Below are positions 48,417-58,043 of a stretch of 64,000 bases of DNA, in pieces (within the stretch, counting starts at the first letter, position 1; every line of letters starts with the position of its first letter). Both the position numbers and the translations under genes were made by a program. The notes under the pieces were generated by a model, which saw only the letters and a program-made list of their open reading frames with translations, made no database searches and was not told the origin of the DNA. Origin of the DNA: a virus (lineage: Duplodnaviria; Caudoviricetes); IMG/VR virus record IMGVR_UViG_3300028284_000003, positions 43,643 to 107,642 of that record. One strand, written 5' to 3'.

Positions 48417-49625
48417 TTAAAATAATGCCGAAGCATATATTAGGTTTGTATCTAATTCTTGTAAGCCTATTGCTTTAAGAACTCTGTTAATTGGATCAAT
48501 CATGCATTTTCCAAATTGAGTATCGTAGTCAATTTCAGGTGCTATCTCATATGGATGCCCTCCTGGTAAATATGCGAATGTATCGCAAATAGGGTGCTTT
48601 GTATTATAGATCCTAAGTTTTTCACCATTTGCTATCATCTTATACTTATTCTTGTATTTAGAATTATTATTTAAGAGATAGTTATAAAAGCCTGCAGCCT
48701 TTACATTTGGTGGACACTTAAGTCCAATTTGAAATTCTTTATTATCGTCAATAATATACTGTTGGATATTATTAGTTCTTCTATTAAAAGAAATATCGTC
48801 TATATTTACAAGCTTAAATTCAGTTTTACATTGCTTTAAGAATTGTACCATTTCTTGTAATTCAACTGGACCTGGCTTTGTTCCCTTTGTAAACAATAAC
48901 TTAAGCGCTTCTACTAATTTTTGTCTTGCAAATAATGGAGTAGAACTTTGGATAGTATCGTAGCCAATTGTCTTAATCTTTTTAAGAGAAGGGTGTCTAT
49001 CTTTTACAGAAAGCTTATCTTCCCATGCAATATCTTGAATATACTTTTTCTTTTTCATCCAAATACCTGAGTATGCAATAGATTCTAGTTCAAATACTAA
49101 GAAATTATCAGTATTATGGACAACTGCGTATTTTTTCATCGCTAAAGAAATAAATTCCTTAATTCTACGGTTGTAAACTTCTAATGTAAATGTTGTAACA
49201 TCCATTTTTTTAGACTCATCTAACCATTCTACAGAATCATACATTTCACCAAATTGTACGTAGTTAGAATCTGTATCTATGTAAATAACAGATGGCCTAT
49301 GTAACTTGCCTTTTACCTTAATTCCAAGTTCTTCATGTAACTTAGTGTCTTTATGCCAAAAATCATTAAAGTATTTATTTAATACTGTTTCTGAATAAAT
49401 AATAGCATTTTGACCTTGAAGAGTAATTGATTCTGCAATGTTAATATCAAAGAAATGAAACCACTTATTACCGAATGCACCGTAGATACTATTTAACGAA
49501 AGTTTCACGGCCTGTTCGTAGGCCGTGAACTTATTACTCATGATGTCATATTTAGCAGCAAGTGCTTCTAATTCTTCTATAGATAAATTATCTATGTTTT
49601 CTTCTACAGCTTCAGTTACTTCCAT
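48417..49625 (-). CDS. family B DNA polymerase, C-terminal subunit (gp43B-like)
   Basis: KLSLNSIYG (motif B), YIDTDS (motif C), KKKY. Confidence 0.92.
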   Translation of the reverse strand: MEVTEAVEENIDNLSIEELEALAAKYDIMSNKFTAYEQAVKLSLNSIYGAFGNKWFHFFDINIAESITLQGQNAIIYSETVLNKYFNDFWHKDTKLHEELGIKVKGKLHRPSVIYIDTDSNYVQFGEMYDSVEWLDESKKMDVTTFTLEVYNRRIKEFISLAMKKYAVVHNTDNFLVFELESIAYSGIWMKKKKYIQDIAWEDKLSVKDRHPSLKKIKTIGYDTIQSSTPLFARQKLVEALKLLFTKGTKPGPVELQEMVQFLKQCKTEFKLVNIDDISFNRRTNNIQQYIIDDNKEFQIGLKCPPNVKAAGFYNYLLNNNSKYKNKYKMIANGEKLRIYNTKHPICDTFAYLPGGHPYEIAPEIDYDTQFGKCMIDPINRVLKAIGLQELDTNLIYASALF

Positions 49626-50369
49626 CTACGCTGTTTGGCAAGTTGATATTGTTAATAAAGTATCTGACTCATTAGAATCAAAAACAACTTTGCTTGCAGA
49701 AACGTGTACGTTGTACTCTTCCTTGTCTAATAATGTTAAGTATTTTTTGTAAAGTGTTGCGCCGCCATTTCCTTCTGGTGATTGACTAACCAATACATTA
49801 AATGTCTTACCTTTAACTTCAACACCTTTTCCATTTGATTTAATATCGAATGTCTCATCTTTTTCAAGATTAAAAAGAGATTTAAGTTTATTGATAGTGT
49901 GGTTATCAATTCCAAATTGAAAAGAATCTGGTGCTTTTGCAAATATTGCATCGATTTGATCTGGTGTAAGATCTTTAAAGCCTAGAGATGGCTCTGAACA
50001 TGCTAGAGTAATTTCCAACTCATCATTGTAAATTCTAAAAGTAGAAGCTACTAAGTCTTGTTCATTCTCTATGAATTCAATCTCGCAGCGAATTGCATCG
50101 TGCTCAAATTGTTTAAATGCTTCTATAATTCTACCTGCATCGAAGAATGCAACCTTTAATTCTTTACCTAATTGAGGTACTTCAGTCGTTTGAAAAATAC
50201 TTTCAAATGGTACTGAGTGGTGTTTTACAGCGTCTCTTTGTGGTAAATAAGCTGTTGAGATAACTTGACCATCTTTAATTTTGAAATAGATAAAAGAGTC
50301 TATTAACTTTAGTCTATTAACAAAACTTGTAAATGCATGCTGGTCTATGCGATCGATTTGTAATTTCAT
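49626..50369 (-). CDS. putative sliding clamp (gp45-like)
   Basis: 247-aa two-domain beta/alpha pattern next to polymerase; clamp loader present in window. Confidence 0.6.
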   Translation of the reverse strand: MKLQIDRIDQHAFTSFVNRLKLIDSFIYFKIKDGQVISTAYLPQRDAVKHHSVPFESIFQTTEVPQLGKELKVAFFDAGRIIEAFKQFEHDAIRCEIEFIENEQDLVASTFRIYNDELEITLACSEPSLGFKDLTPDQIDAIFAKAPDSFQFGIDNHTINKLKSLFNLEKDETFDIKSNGKGVEVKGKTFNVLVSQSPEGNGGATLYKKYLTLLDKEEYNVHVSASKVVFDSNESDTLLTISTCQTA

Positions 50370-50396
50370 CTTGAATAATTTAGTTTATTTACAGAT

Positions 50397-50422
50397 TTAT
50401 ATGTAATAAACTAATATTGTTT
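50397..50422 (-). promoter_or_regulatory. putative middle promoter AAACAA-N14-ATATAA
   Basis: Heads clamp-polB-uvsX-helicase operon. Confidence 0.7.
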
Positions 50423-50432
50423 CAATAAAAAA

Positions 50433-51101
50433 TTATAAACGAGGTGTAAATACGTAAGGTTTATTACTTTCCGCTTGTTTTACGATAATTATACAATTCT
50501 GTGCAAATGTTATGCTGTGGAATTGTTTTTGATATTTTACTACGCCAAAGTCTGGATTTAATAAATATCTATGATTAACTCCATCAATTGCAGTTTTAAA
50601 TATTTCAATTATACTTTTTGGATGGCCTAAACCATATCTTGTATCATATCCATATAAACCATCCTTTGTCCAATAAGAAGTTTCAATATCTTCGATAATA
50701 TAAACTCCACCATTTTCTAATTTTGGAAAAAGAGTATTAAATGTTAGAAGTTGATGTTCAGGTATATGAGAACCATCGTCATTAATAAACCAAATCGGTT
50801 CTTCTATTTTATCAAACGCATTGTCTAAATCTGCTTGCATACTTTGGTCGGTTTTTATAATAGTATGTCTTTCGTGTTTTTGAATGTTTTCACTAGGGTT
50901 AATGTCTAATCCATAAATATGCATATTCGGAAAAAGTTCTAACCATAGATTAAGAGAAGCTCCTCCTAAAAGTCCAACTTCTATCATTCCTCCTTTTGAA
51001 TTGTAATATTTTTCAACATATTGTGGATATATCTCATGATAATTGTGAAGAGAAACTTTATCTGTACCATGTTTTTTACCTATTTCTAAAAATCTATTCA
51101 T
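50433..51101 (-). CDS. class I SAM-dependent (sugar O-)methyltransferase-like protein
   Basis: GTDK..HNY, IEVG..GASL, GLDI, DDGSH, GGVYIIED. Confidence 0.8.
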   Translation of the reverse strand: MNRFLEIGKKHGTDKVSLHNYHEIYPQYVEKYYNSKGGMIEVGLLGGASLNLWLELFPNMHIYGLDINPSENIQKHERHTIIKTDQSMQADLDNAFDKIEEPIWFINDDGSHIPEHQLLTFNTLFPKLENGGVYIIEDIETSYWTKDGLYGYDTRYGLGHPKSIIEIFKTAIDGVNHRYLLNPDFGVVKYQKQFHSITFAQNCIIIVKQAESNKPYVFTPRL

Positions 51102-51124
51102 GCTTTATATATTATTTTTTTTAA

Positions 51125-51210
51125 AATAAAAAGAGGGAGCGTAGCGAACGATCTCCCTCTTAAATCCCGTAATTAAACGGTCCTAAAGCGTGGCCGCCGA
51201 AGCGCCACAC
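51125..51210 (-). ncRNA. candidate structured RNA ending in a terminator
   Basis: GC-rich island with three hairpins incl. C-UUCG-G tetraloop and GAGGGAG/CTCCCTC plus U tract. Confidence 0.5.
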
Positions 51211-51213
51211 ATT

Positions 51214-53049
51214 TTAGCCATCGCATGATACGCAATCTTCACTAGTAGCGCTTGAGGCAATGTCACCTCTTAATACGCTTTCAGTTCTCATATAATAGAG
51301 AGTCTTAATACCTTGTTTGTAGGCTTCTAAATGAACTAAATTAATAAACTTTGGACTTACTGTATTTGGAAACGCAAGATTAAGACTACAAGATTGATCG
51401 ATATATTGTTGTCTTACTCCAGCCTGCTTAACTAGTTCAAGTTGATTAATTTCTTTAAATGTTTTAAATACTTCTTTTGCTTCAACCCATTTAGTTTGTT
51501 CCATTTTATCTAAACTTTCCCATTCTAGTTTTTCAATAACTTTACCTCCCCATATATTATGTTCTACCATGTAGTTGTCAATAAAATCTAAACCATAAAC
51601 CGAACCATTATCTTCAAGAATCTTGTTCCAAACTGCATTTGTATTTTTACCAATTTTTTCTAGGAAACTTACAAGTGAAACATTTTTACGAATAAATGTA
51701 CCTTTAGAAGTTTGTTCAGTAAATACATTAGCGGCCCATGGCTCAATACCTGGGCTAACATTACCACTTAATTTAGAATTAGTTACCGTAGGTGCAACTG
51801 CTCTTAAATGTGTATTTCTCATGCCTGTACCAACACACCATAATGGCTCTCCATATTCAGTTGCAAGTTCTCTGCTTGCTGCTTCGCTCTCTAATTTAAT
51901 TTGAGAAAATATCTTTCTTGTTTCAAACTGTGCTGTAAGACCTTCAAATGGAATACCTCTTTCTTGTAGATATGTATGCCAACCTAAGACGCCAAGACCA
52001 AGTGCTCTACCTTTTTCAGCAGAACGAACTGCATTTTCAAAGCCTTGTCTGTATTTTGCCTTTTGAATAAATTCTTCCATAACACCATCAAGAAACCACG
52101 TTGCGGTTCTAATTAAATCAGTGTTTTTCCACTCGTCATATTTTGTAAGGTTTAATGAACTTAAACAACAAACAAAACTGTGATTCTCATCAGTATGTAA
52201 TGTAATTTCACTACAAATATTTGTCATGTAAACTTTTAAACCATTCTTTGTATATGCTTCAGGATTTGCTCTATTAACATTTCCTTTATACATAATATAT
52301 GGCTCTCCAGTTGCTTTACGTTTTTTAATAAGTGCAGTCCATCTCTTTCTTGCTTCTTTATCTCCTTCTTGTACCTTTTGCATAAAGCCATCACTAACAA
52401 TTACGCATTGGTGCATATTTAAACATTGTCTATTTATATCTCCCTTTGGTTCTCTAATTTCTAACCAATCCCAAAAATCATCATGTTCAATATCTATATT
52501 AACAGAGGCTGCTCCTCTTCTTACTGCTCCTTGATTTGTAGCGAGAATTGTAGAGTCATATATTTTACAAAATGGTACAACACCATCTGAAGTTCCATTG
52601 TCTGTAATTTCAGTTCCTGCAGGTCTAATTTGATTTACGCCAATTCCAACTCCACCACCATTCTTTGCAAGTAGCATCATTTCAAGATTCTTTTTACCAA
52701 TATCATGAATACTGTCTGCGACATCAATTCCAAAACAAGAAATTGGCAATCCTCTTTCTGTACCAGTATTTGAAAGTACTGGAGAAGCCAGGTTTAACCA
52801 ACCCTTCCAAATATAATCAAAGAACTTACTAGCCATATCAGATCGTCTAAGTCTTCTTGCAATAGTGGTTGCTACTCTCCAATAAGCATCCTTTGGAGTT
52901 TCTCCTTCTAAGCAATATCCTTTAGAAATTGTCTTTAGATAAATTTCAGTGTGGCCCCAAACTGGATAGTCAGTACCTTTTATCCATCCTAGTTTTTGAG
53001 CTATTTTATCAGCCTTAGGTGAATCTTCTTGTTCTACAAATAATTCCAT
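51214..53049 (-). CDS. nrdA: class I ribonucleotide reductase alpha subunit
   Basis: PISCF, GGGVG, TNICSEI, APT, KTLYY, C-terminal CVSCDG; no ATP cone. Confidence 0.95.
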   Translation of the reverse strand: MELFVEQEDSPKADKIAQKLGWIKGTDYPVWGHTEIYLKTISKGYCLEGETPKDAYWRVATTIARRLRRSDMASKFFDYIWKGWLNLASPVLSNTGTERGLPISCFGIDVADSIHDIGKKNLEMMLLAKNGGGVGIGVNQIRPAGTEITDNGTSDGVVPFCKIYDSTILATNQGAVRRGAASVNIDIEHDDFWDWLEIREPKGDINRQCLNMHQCVIVSDGFMQKVQEGDKEARKRWTALIKKRKATGEPYIMYKGNVNRANPEAYTKNGLKVYMTNICSEITLHTDENHSFVCCLSSLNLTKYDEWKNTDLIRTATWFLDGVMEEFIQKAKYRQGFENAVRSAEKGRALGLGVLGWHTYLQERGIPFEGLTAQFETRKIFSQIKLESEAASRELATEYGEPLWCVGTGMRNTHLRAVAPTVTNSKLSGNVSPGIEPWAANVFTEQTSKGTFIRKNVSLVSFLEKIGKNTNAVWNKILEDNGSVYGLDFIDNYMVEHNIWGGKVIEKLEWESLDKMEQTKWVEAKEVFKTFKEINQLELVKQAGVRQQYIDQSCSLNLAFPNTVSPKFINLVHLEAYKQGIKTLYYMRTESVLRGDIASSATSEDCVSCDG

Positions 53050-53060
53050 AATTTATATAT

Positions 53061-54059
53061 TTAAAAAATTGACTCCTCGTCCCAGACCTCATCTTCACCT
53101 GCTTTAGAATATGCAGTTGGTCTAATTGCGAAAAAGTCACTATGTTCTACTCCTCCTGTTAAATGATAAAACCAATCAAGTTCTTTTGCTGATTCTGTAT
53201 CAAATTCAAAATGCTGGTTATAACCTAATTCAATAAGTTTTTCATTTGTTCTTCTTAAAATAAAGTTTTTAAGATCGTTTGCTTTAAGATTTTCAAGATT
53301 TCCCATTTCAAATATCTTATCAATAAATGCATGTTCCATTTCTACCATAATCTCAGCAGCTCTTATTACATCGTTTTTAACTTCTTCTCTAAGTTCAGGA
53401 TATTCATCACACATGTGTCTAAATAATTTACAACCCATTTTTGAATGTAATGATTCGTCTCTAACTGACCACTTCATTTGTTGACCAATGCCTTTTAATA
53501 AGTTTCTCATTTGAAAAGAATATAAGACTGCAAATGAACTATAAAGGCTTACGCCTTCTGCAAATGCTGAAAATGTTGCTAAACTTCTTGCAACTTCTCT
53601 TCTTGCTGCTGGGTTTTTTTGTAAATCCTCATGCGTATAATCATTTTCTACTCCTGAAAGATGTTCAAACTTATCTGCCATTGATGGCTCATGTAGGAAT
53701 GCAGCAAAATCTTCAAGACCTAAAGTTTCATTTAAATAAGAATAGGCTGTGGCGTGAATAGTTTCTTGGCTACCAAAAATCATGGCCATTTGTTTGATCT
53801 CATGTTTTGGAAACCAATGAGTAACCATTGTAGTCCAATAATCACTAACAGCACATTCAGTTTGAGCAAAGCCTAAAAGAATATTACCAACAAGATTTCT
53901 TTCATGTGGCATTAAATTCTCTTTCCAATCTTTAACATCACTTTGCATTGGTATTTCAGTATGTAACCAAAATGCTTGAGCCTGTGGAAGCCAACCTTCT
54001 GTATAATATTCTGGATATTCAAATGGCTTGTATTCTATTCTTTCTTTGAAAATATTCAT
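53061..54059 (-). CDS. nrdB: class I ribonucleotide reductase beta subunit
   Basis: ETIHATAY, AEGVSLYSSF, RDESLH, DFF. Confidence 0.95.
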   Translation of the reverse strand: MNIFKERIEYKPFEYPEYYTEGWLPQAQAFWLHTEIPMQSDVKDWKENLMPHERNLVGNILLGFAQTECAVSDYWTTMVTHWFPKHEIKQMAMIFGSQETIHATAYSYLNETLGLEDFAAFLHEPSMADKFEHLSGVENDYTHEDLQKNPAARREVARSLATFSAFAEGVSLYSSFAVLYSFQMRNLLKGIGQQMKWSVRDESLHSKMGCKLFRHMCDEYPELREEVKNDVIRAAEIMVEMEHAFIDKIFEMGNLENLKANDLKNFILRRTNEKLIELGYNQHFEFDTESAKELDWFYHLTGGVEHSDFFAIRPTAYSKAGEDEVWDEESIF

Positions 54060-54200
54060 ATTTATTTAATATATTTTAAATTTTACATTCCTGGTTATTA
54101 CATTAATAACCTGTTAAAAAACAAAAGATGATCTAATTTTGATCATCTAATTGGGTGCAGTTGTTGATGAATTATATATCTTCAACCTCCCAAAAGTTGA

Positions 54201-55601
54201 CTACTTTAGCTGACTAATTTTTTTTCGAATTAATCTTGCCTTCTCAAAATATTCAAAGGATTTTGCCTTATATTCCTTACGTTGAATATACAGGTCGGTG
54301 AGGATTCTTTTCAAGACAGAATCTTCTGTTGTATAGACTGCGCCATTTTCACAAACAATATAATCTTTATTTTTTCTTTTTTCTTCTATCTCATGTTTTT
54401 GTACAGTTTCAACAAAAGAATCAGGAGAAATATTAAATTGTCGCATAATTGAAGGGTATAGAGAAGCAAAGTCAAATGCACTTACTCCACTATAAAAACC
54501 AACGATTGGTTCTTTAACAAAAGCGCCGGCATAACTACCGTCTTTTCTATTGTCATCTCTTCTTTCAGTTGCAATAATTTTATTTTGTTCTTTAAGCTTT
54601 CTTGCCATTAATGCTTCTGTCATAGCAACTGGGCTTGCTGCTTTATAAAGTGGCATTTGCGTAATATTTGCAAGAGTTAAAAGAACATCCATTGCTTTAA
54701 TCTTCTGATCTATATAATATACCAAACATGAATCGACAATGTTATAATAAATATATTTTCTAAAATCTTTTTCATACAATTCCTGTAAGCCGCCATTGTA
54801 TTTAATCTTTTTAAGACCTACAATTTGACCTGAAACATAATCAAGAGTATTTGATTCTTTAACCTTTACAGAACGATCATACTTATCATACAATTGCATA
54901 TAATCAAGTATTCCCATATGAAGTGGTCTGCCATCCATTCTATCAACTGCACCTGTTTTTGCAGATTCACTAATATCGATTTGTAGTCTCTTACATCGGT
55001 TAACAATATATTGCCAATCATAATTAATAAAGTTCCAACCTGTCATCATTGGAAACTTAGGCATAAACTTATGAATGAAATTATAAACCATGTCATATTC
55101 ATTCTTAAACTTATAATATGAAAGACTCCAATCACTATCCAATGATTTAAAATATTCGTTAGTATCATCTTGCATACCTGTCATATCATCCAAGTCTTTT
55201 AAGCCTAAAACTATAGCCTTTCTTTCTGGTGTAATGATAGAGAATGACAGGATACGCGTCTTAGCCTCTTCTGGTTTAGGGAAGCCATCTACAATCTCTG
55301 TTTCAATGTCTACGAAATATGTTCTTGGTTTATTATATGCAAGTATTTCTTTTTTATCAGCTTCTGGAAGTTGATCTATAAAATAAATTAAAGAAAATTT
55401 ATTATATTGTCTTGCATTTGATAATTTAACAGGTCGACCATCCCAATTCTGTGCACTTTCATGTCTGTAACGATCTTTGTCATGTGTGACATACCAATTT
55501 TGAAATTGACCAACTGGGTATCTTTTAAAGGCTACTTCGCCTTCTGTGTTATAATAGCTTACAATTACTTCTTTTTCTCGTTGTTCAATATCTAATAGCA
55601 T
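54201..55601 (-). CDS. family B DNA polymerase, N-terminal subunit (3'-5' exonuclease plus motif A; gp43A-like)
   Basis: DIET, GWNFINYD, YNIVD, DFASLYPS, NISP, RKEYK. Confidence 0.92.
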   Translation of the reverse strand: MLLDIEQREKEVIVSYYNTEGEVAFKRYPVGQFQNWYVTHDKDRYRHESAQNWDGRPVKLSNARQYNKFSLIYFIDQLPEADKKEILAYNKPRTYFVDIETEIVDGFPKPEEAKTRILSFSIITPERKAIVLGLKDLDDMTGMQDDTNEYFKSLDSDWSLSYYKFKNEYDMVYNFIHKFMPKFPMMTGWNFINYDWQYIVNRCKRLQIDISESAKTGAVDRMDGRPLHMGILDYMQLYDKYDRSVKVKESNTLDYVSGQIVGLKKIKYNGGLQELYEKDFRKYIYYNIVDSCLVYYIDQKIKAMDVLLTLANITQMPLYKAASPVAMTEALMARKLKEQNKIIATERRDDNRKDGSYAGAFVKEPIVGFYSGVSAFDFASLYPSIMRQFNISPDSFVETVQKHEIEEKRKNKDYIVCENGAVYTTEDSVLKRILTDLYIQRKEYKAKSFEYFEKARLIRKKISQLK

Positions 55602-56065
55602 TAATATCCTCTTTCTTGTCTGTTAATATTCTCTTTTTGTTTTGCCATATAAAGGTTGACAATATCCTCACTAGTCATTCCAATTGCAAGTGCAAAGTTC
55701 ATATAGAAATGAAGGCCATCGATCCATTCATAAAATAATTCTAACCTATCAGCTTCTGATAAATCTGCAACTGTCATTGTTTCTGCTTTCTTATTATCTT
55801 GTTTCCAATATTTCCAAGCAGCTGAACCAATTCCATCATTAATACCGCCTAAGGCATCAAACATTTCATTAAGCTCATCTGACATTGCATGTTTATTTAC
55901 CATCCACATTTCTGCAATTTCTTTAAGAGTTAAGTTTTCATAATTTAAACCTAATCTACTTTGCAATTCTCTTTGTTTATTGTAAATCATGCCGAAAGTA
56001 TCTTTACCTTCTGAGTAGTGGTCTTTAACCTCTAAATCTGCACATTGATTATCTTCGTTTGCCAT
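55601..56065 (-). CDS. all-alpha dUTPase/dCTPase (gp56-like)
   Basis: ELNE, WKYWK, EWIDGLHF, Y.AK..EN..RQ..GY. Confidence 0.85.
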   Translation of the reverse strand: MANEDNQCADLEVKDHYSEGKDTFGMIYNKQRELQSRLGLNYENLTLKEIAEMWMVNKHAMSDELNEMFDALGGINDGIGSAAWKYWKQDNKKAETMTVADLSEADRLELFYEWIDGLHFYMNFALAIGMTSEDIVNLYMAKQKENINRQERGY

Positions 56066-56088
56066 TTCTTTTGTTCTTTATATTTTTA

Positions 56089-57177
56089 TTAAAACAACGC
56101 AGTTTGTTTACTAATTCCAGTGGTAGGTTGTGAACTAATTGAAAGATTTTCTCCAACTGTTTCTACTATCTCTTTTATTTTTACATCAAATACATCTTTT
56201 GTCCACATATAACTAAGTACAGTTTCTGAAAGTTGATTTGCATAATCTTCTAATTCTGTATTACTTAATGATTCTACTTTAACTTTAGGAAGACTTAATG
56301 CTTCTGTATCTTTTTCACTTGAAAGTAATACTGACCTTTGTATTGCAGCATAAACCCATCTAATTCTAAACCAGCCACTTCCTGCATGAGGATATTCAGG
56401 ACATAAAATACTCCAATACTTTCCACAAGCTTCAAAAACATCAGTTTCAGTTTTTAACTGCTTTGCCTCTTTAATACTCTTTGCGCCGAAATAATCTACA
56501 GGCCATGATAATTTATTTCTATTTACCCATGGCTTATGATTTACAAGAGAAGCCAACATATGTTTTCTTTCTTTAATTTGAGAAGTATATGTTGTTGAAA
56601 TATTCCAATTCTCTAGGACATAAGGAGTAAGGTCTATATTATAAATATTTTTACTACCAATAATATCTCTAACAAGTTGTTTATTACCCCAATCGAATGC
56701 CGGTATAATGGCGTCATATTTTGCATCTACCATGTCTTGTATAACCTGTCTTGCAACATCTTTATTAAAGTGTTGATTATCAACTCCACCATAAAAGTGT
56801 CTCCCGTCACTCCATTTCTTTGCTATAGTCTTTTCGTAAGTTTCATCATCTAACATTGATTTAAATGATTTCATAGTACCGTCAATTTTCCAATCTTCAT
56901 GAAAAACTAAAACATTATCACATTCATTAATTGCATATAATGCGTTAAAGATTTCACCTGAATAATTATTAGAACCAAATTGACCAAGGCCTACAATAAC
57001 AAGTCCATATTCTGAAAGATCATCTCCCCATTTAACTTTCTTGCGATCTACTGTGTAACCTTGTTTTCTCAATGAATTACAGATAATACTACTATCATCT
57101 ATTCTTTTAACTCTAGCTCTTTTCCAAGCTTCATCATCTGTTTGTTTAGCAGTACAGCCTGTGAATAATATTTTCAT
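56089..57177 (-). CDS. putative GT-B-like DNA modification enzyme
   Basis: MKILFTG N-terminus, EDW, PEYPHAGSGWFRIR; context with dNTPase and DUF6378; fold assignment is tentative. Confidence 0.4.
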   Translation of the reverse strand: MKILFTGCTAKQTDDEAWKRARVKRIDDSSIICNSLRKQGYTVDRKKVKWGDDLSEYGLVIVGLGQFGSNNYSGEIFNALYAINECDNVLVFHEDWKIDGTMKSFKSMLDDETYEKTIAKKWSDGRHFYGGVDNQHFNKDVARQVIQDMVDAKYDAIIPAFDWGNKQLVRDIIGSKNIYNIDLTPYVLENWNISTTYTSQIKERKHMLASLVNHKPWVNRNKLSWPVDYFGAKSIKEAKQLKTETDVFEACGKYWSILCPEYPHAGSGWFRIRWVYAAIQRSVLLSSEKDTEALSLPKVKVESLSNTELEDYANQLSETVLSYMWTKDVFDVKIKEIVETVGENLSISSQPTTGISKQTALF

Positions 57178-57443
57178 TCTTTTTCGTTTAAGTAATTATC
57201 TAATGCTCCAATATATGCGACTGCATCTAGGAGGTTATCTCTTTTATGATTGTAACTTTCTCTTGAAAATTTAAGAGCTATTAGGGCCATGTACATTTCT
57301 CTGCCTGTAACTTCTAAGCCAGTCATACCTTTAAAAATAGATGCTGCTCTATCCATACCCTCACTGAAAGGGCCATATTGTCTTTCTTTTTCTTCGCTTC
57401 TGTGATTGATAATTTGATCTGCTTCTTCTAGTATACTTTTCAT
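57174..57443 (-). CDS. DUF6378-like nucleotide-modification-associated protein
   Basis: ILEEA..I..R..QYGP, LKFSR, DNLLDAVAY. Confidence 0.7.
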   Translation of the reverse strand: MKSILEEADQIINHRSEEKERQYGPFSEGMDRAASIFKGMTGLEVTGREMYMALIALKFSRESYNHKRDNLLDAVAYIGALDNYLNEKE

Positions 57444-57459
57444 ATAGTTATTTTAAAAC

Positions 57460-57485
57460 TTATATACTAAAAAAGGAGATTGTTT
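57460..57485 (-). promoter_or_regulatory. putative middle promoter AAACAA-N14-ATATAA
   Basis: Heads modification/polB-N operon; overlaps hairpin 57472-57500. Confidence 0.7.
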
Positions 57486-57530
57486 CATACAATCTCCTTT
57501 AAATTACTAATTAGTTGTTAACTTTTATTA

Positions 57531-58043
57531 TTATAATTTTACAGGCATATAACCTTTAGAGTTTTTATACTCTTTTCCATCTACATCAACAATCCATGTA
57601 TCTTTTTTAAATTTTCCAGCAGAATGCTCTTGAATCATTCCATACCCTGCCCATTCTTTAACTTCTTCTGATTTTAAGTTTACTTCATGTGGACGTAAAG
57701 GTTCTCCTGGCTCTTTTATTTCCCAAAAAATATGTTCAAAGACATGAGGTGCAGGCGAATTAAATTCCCAATTCTCATCTAGTCCTATATATTTATAGTT
57801 AGGAGTGTGAGGCATTTGTATACCAATTGCATAAAATGATCCTACCTTAAGATCTTTTTCTCCACTTATTTTTTTACAACCTGGTAATTCTGGAACTGAA
57901 TCCCATGGCCATTCATCTTTATAATATACTTGGTATCTTTTGTCTTCTATCCAACCGTCCTTAGGTTCTACCTTTTCATTGATAAACTCTTCAAATAATT
58001 TTATGTTTTTCATAGCCTTGTTTTTAATATTTAATTTCTTCAA
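57531..58043 (-). CDS. putative internal head protein
   Basis: MKNIKLFEEFINE motif; real start probably the second Met (58013). Confidence 0.6.
   Translation of the reverse strand: MKKLNIKNKAMKNIKLFEEFINEKVEPKDGWIEDKRYQVYYKDEWPWDSVPELPGCKKISGEKDLKVGSFYAIGIQMPHTPNYKYIGLDENWEFNSPAPHVFEHIFWEIKEPGEPLRPHEVNLKSEEVKEWAGYGMIQEHSAGKFKKDTWIVDVDGKEYKNSKGYMPVKL

Noticed and set aside
51184-51213. 9-aa ORF MCGASAATL within the RNA element
   Set aside because: Too short to support, and better explained by the hairpin sequence
48417-55601. Split intein or intron joining the polymerase halves
   Set aside because: No Cys/Ser-start or His-Asn intein blocks; the intervening DNA consists of ordinary genes
56078-56109. 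Possible twelfth middle promoter before the dNTPase
   Set aside because: Spacer is 20 nt rather than the invariant 14
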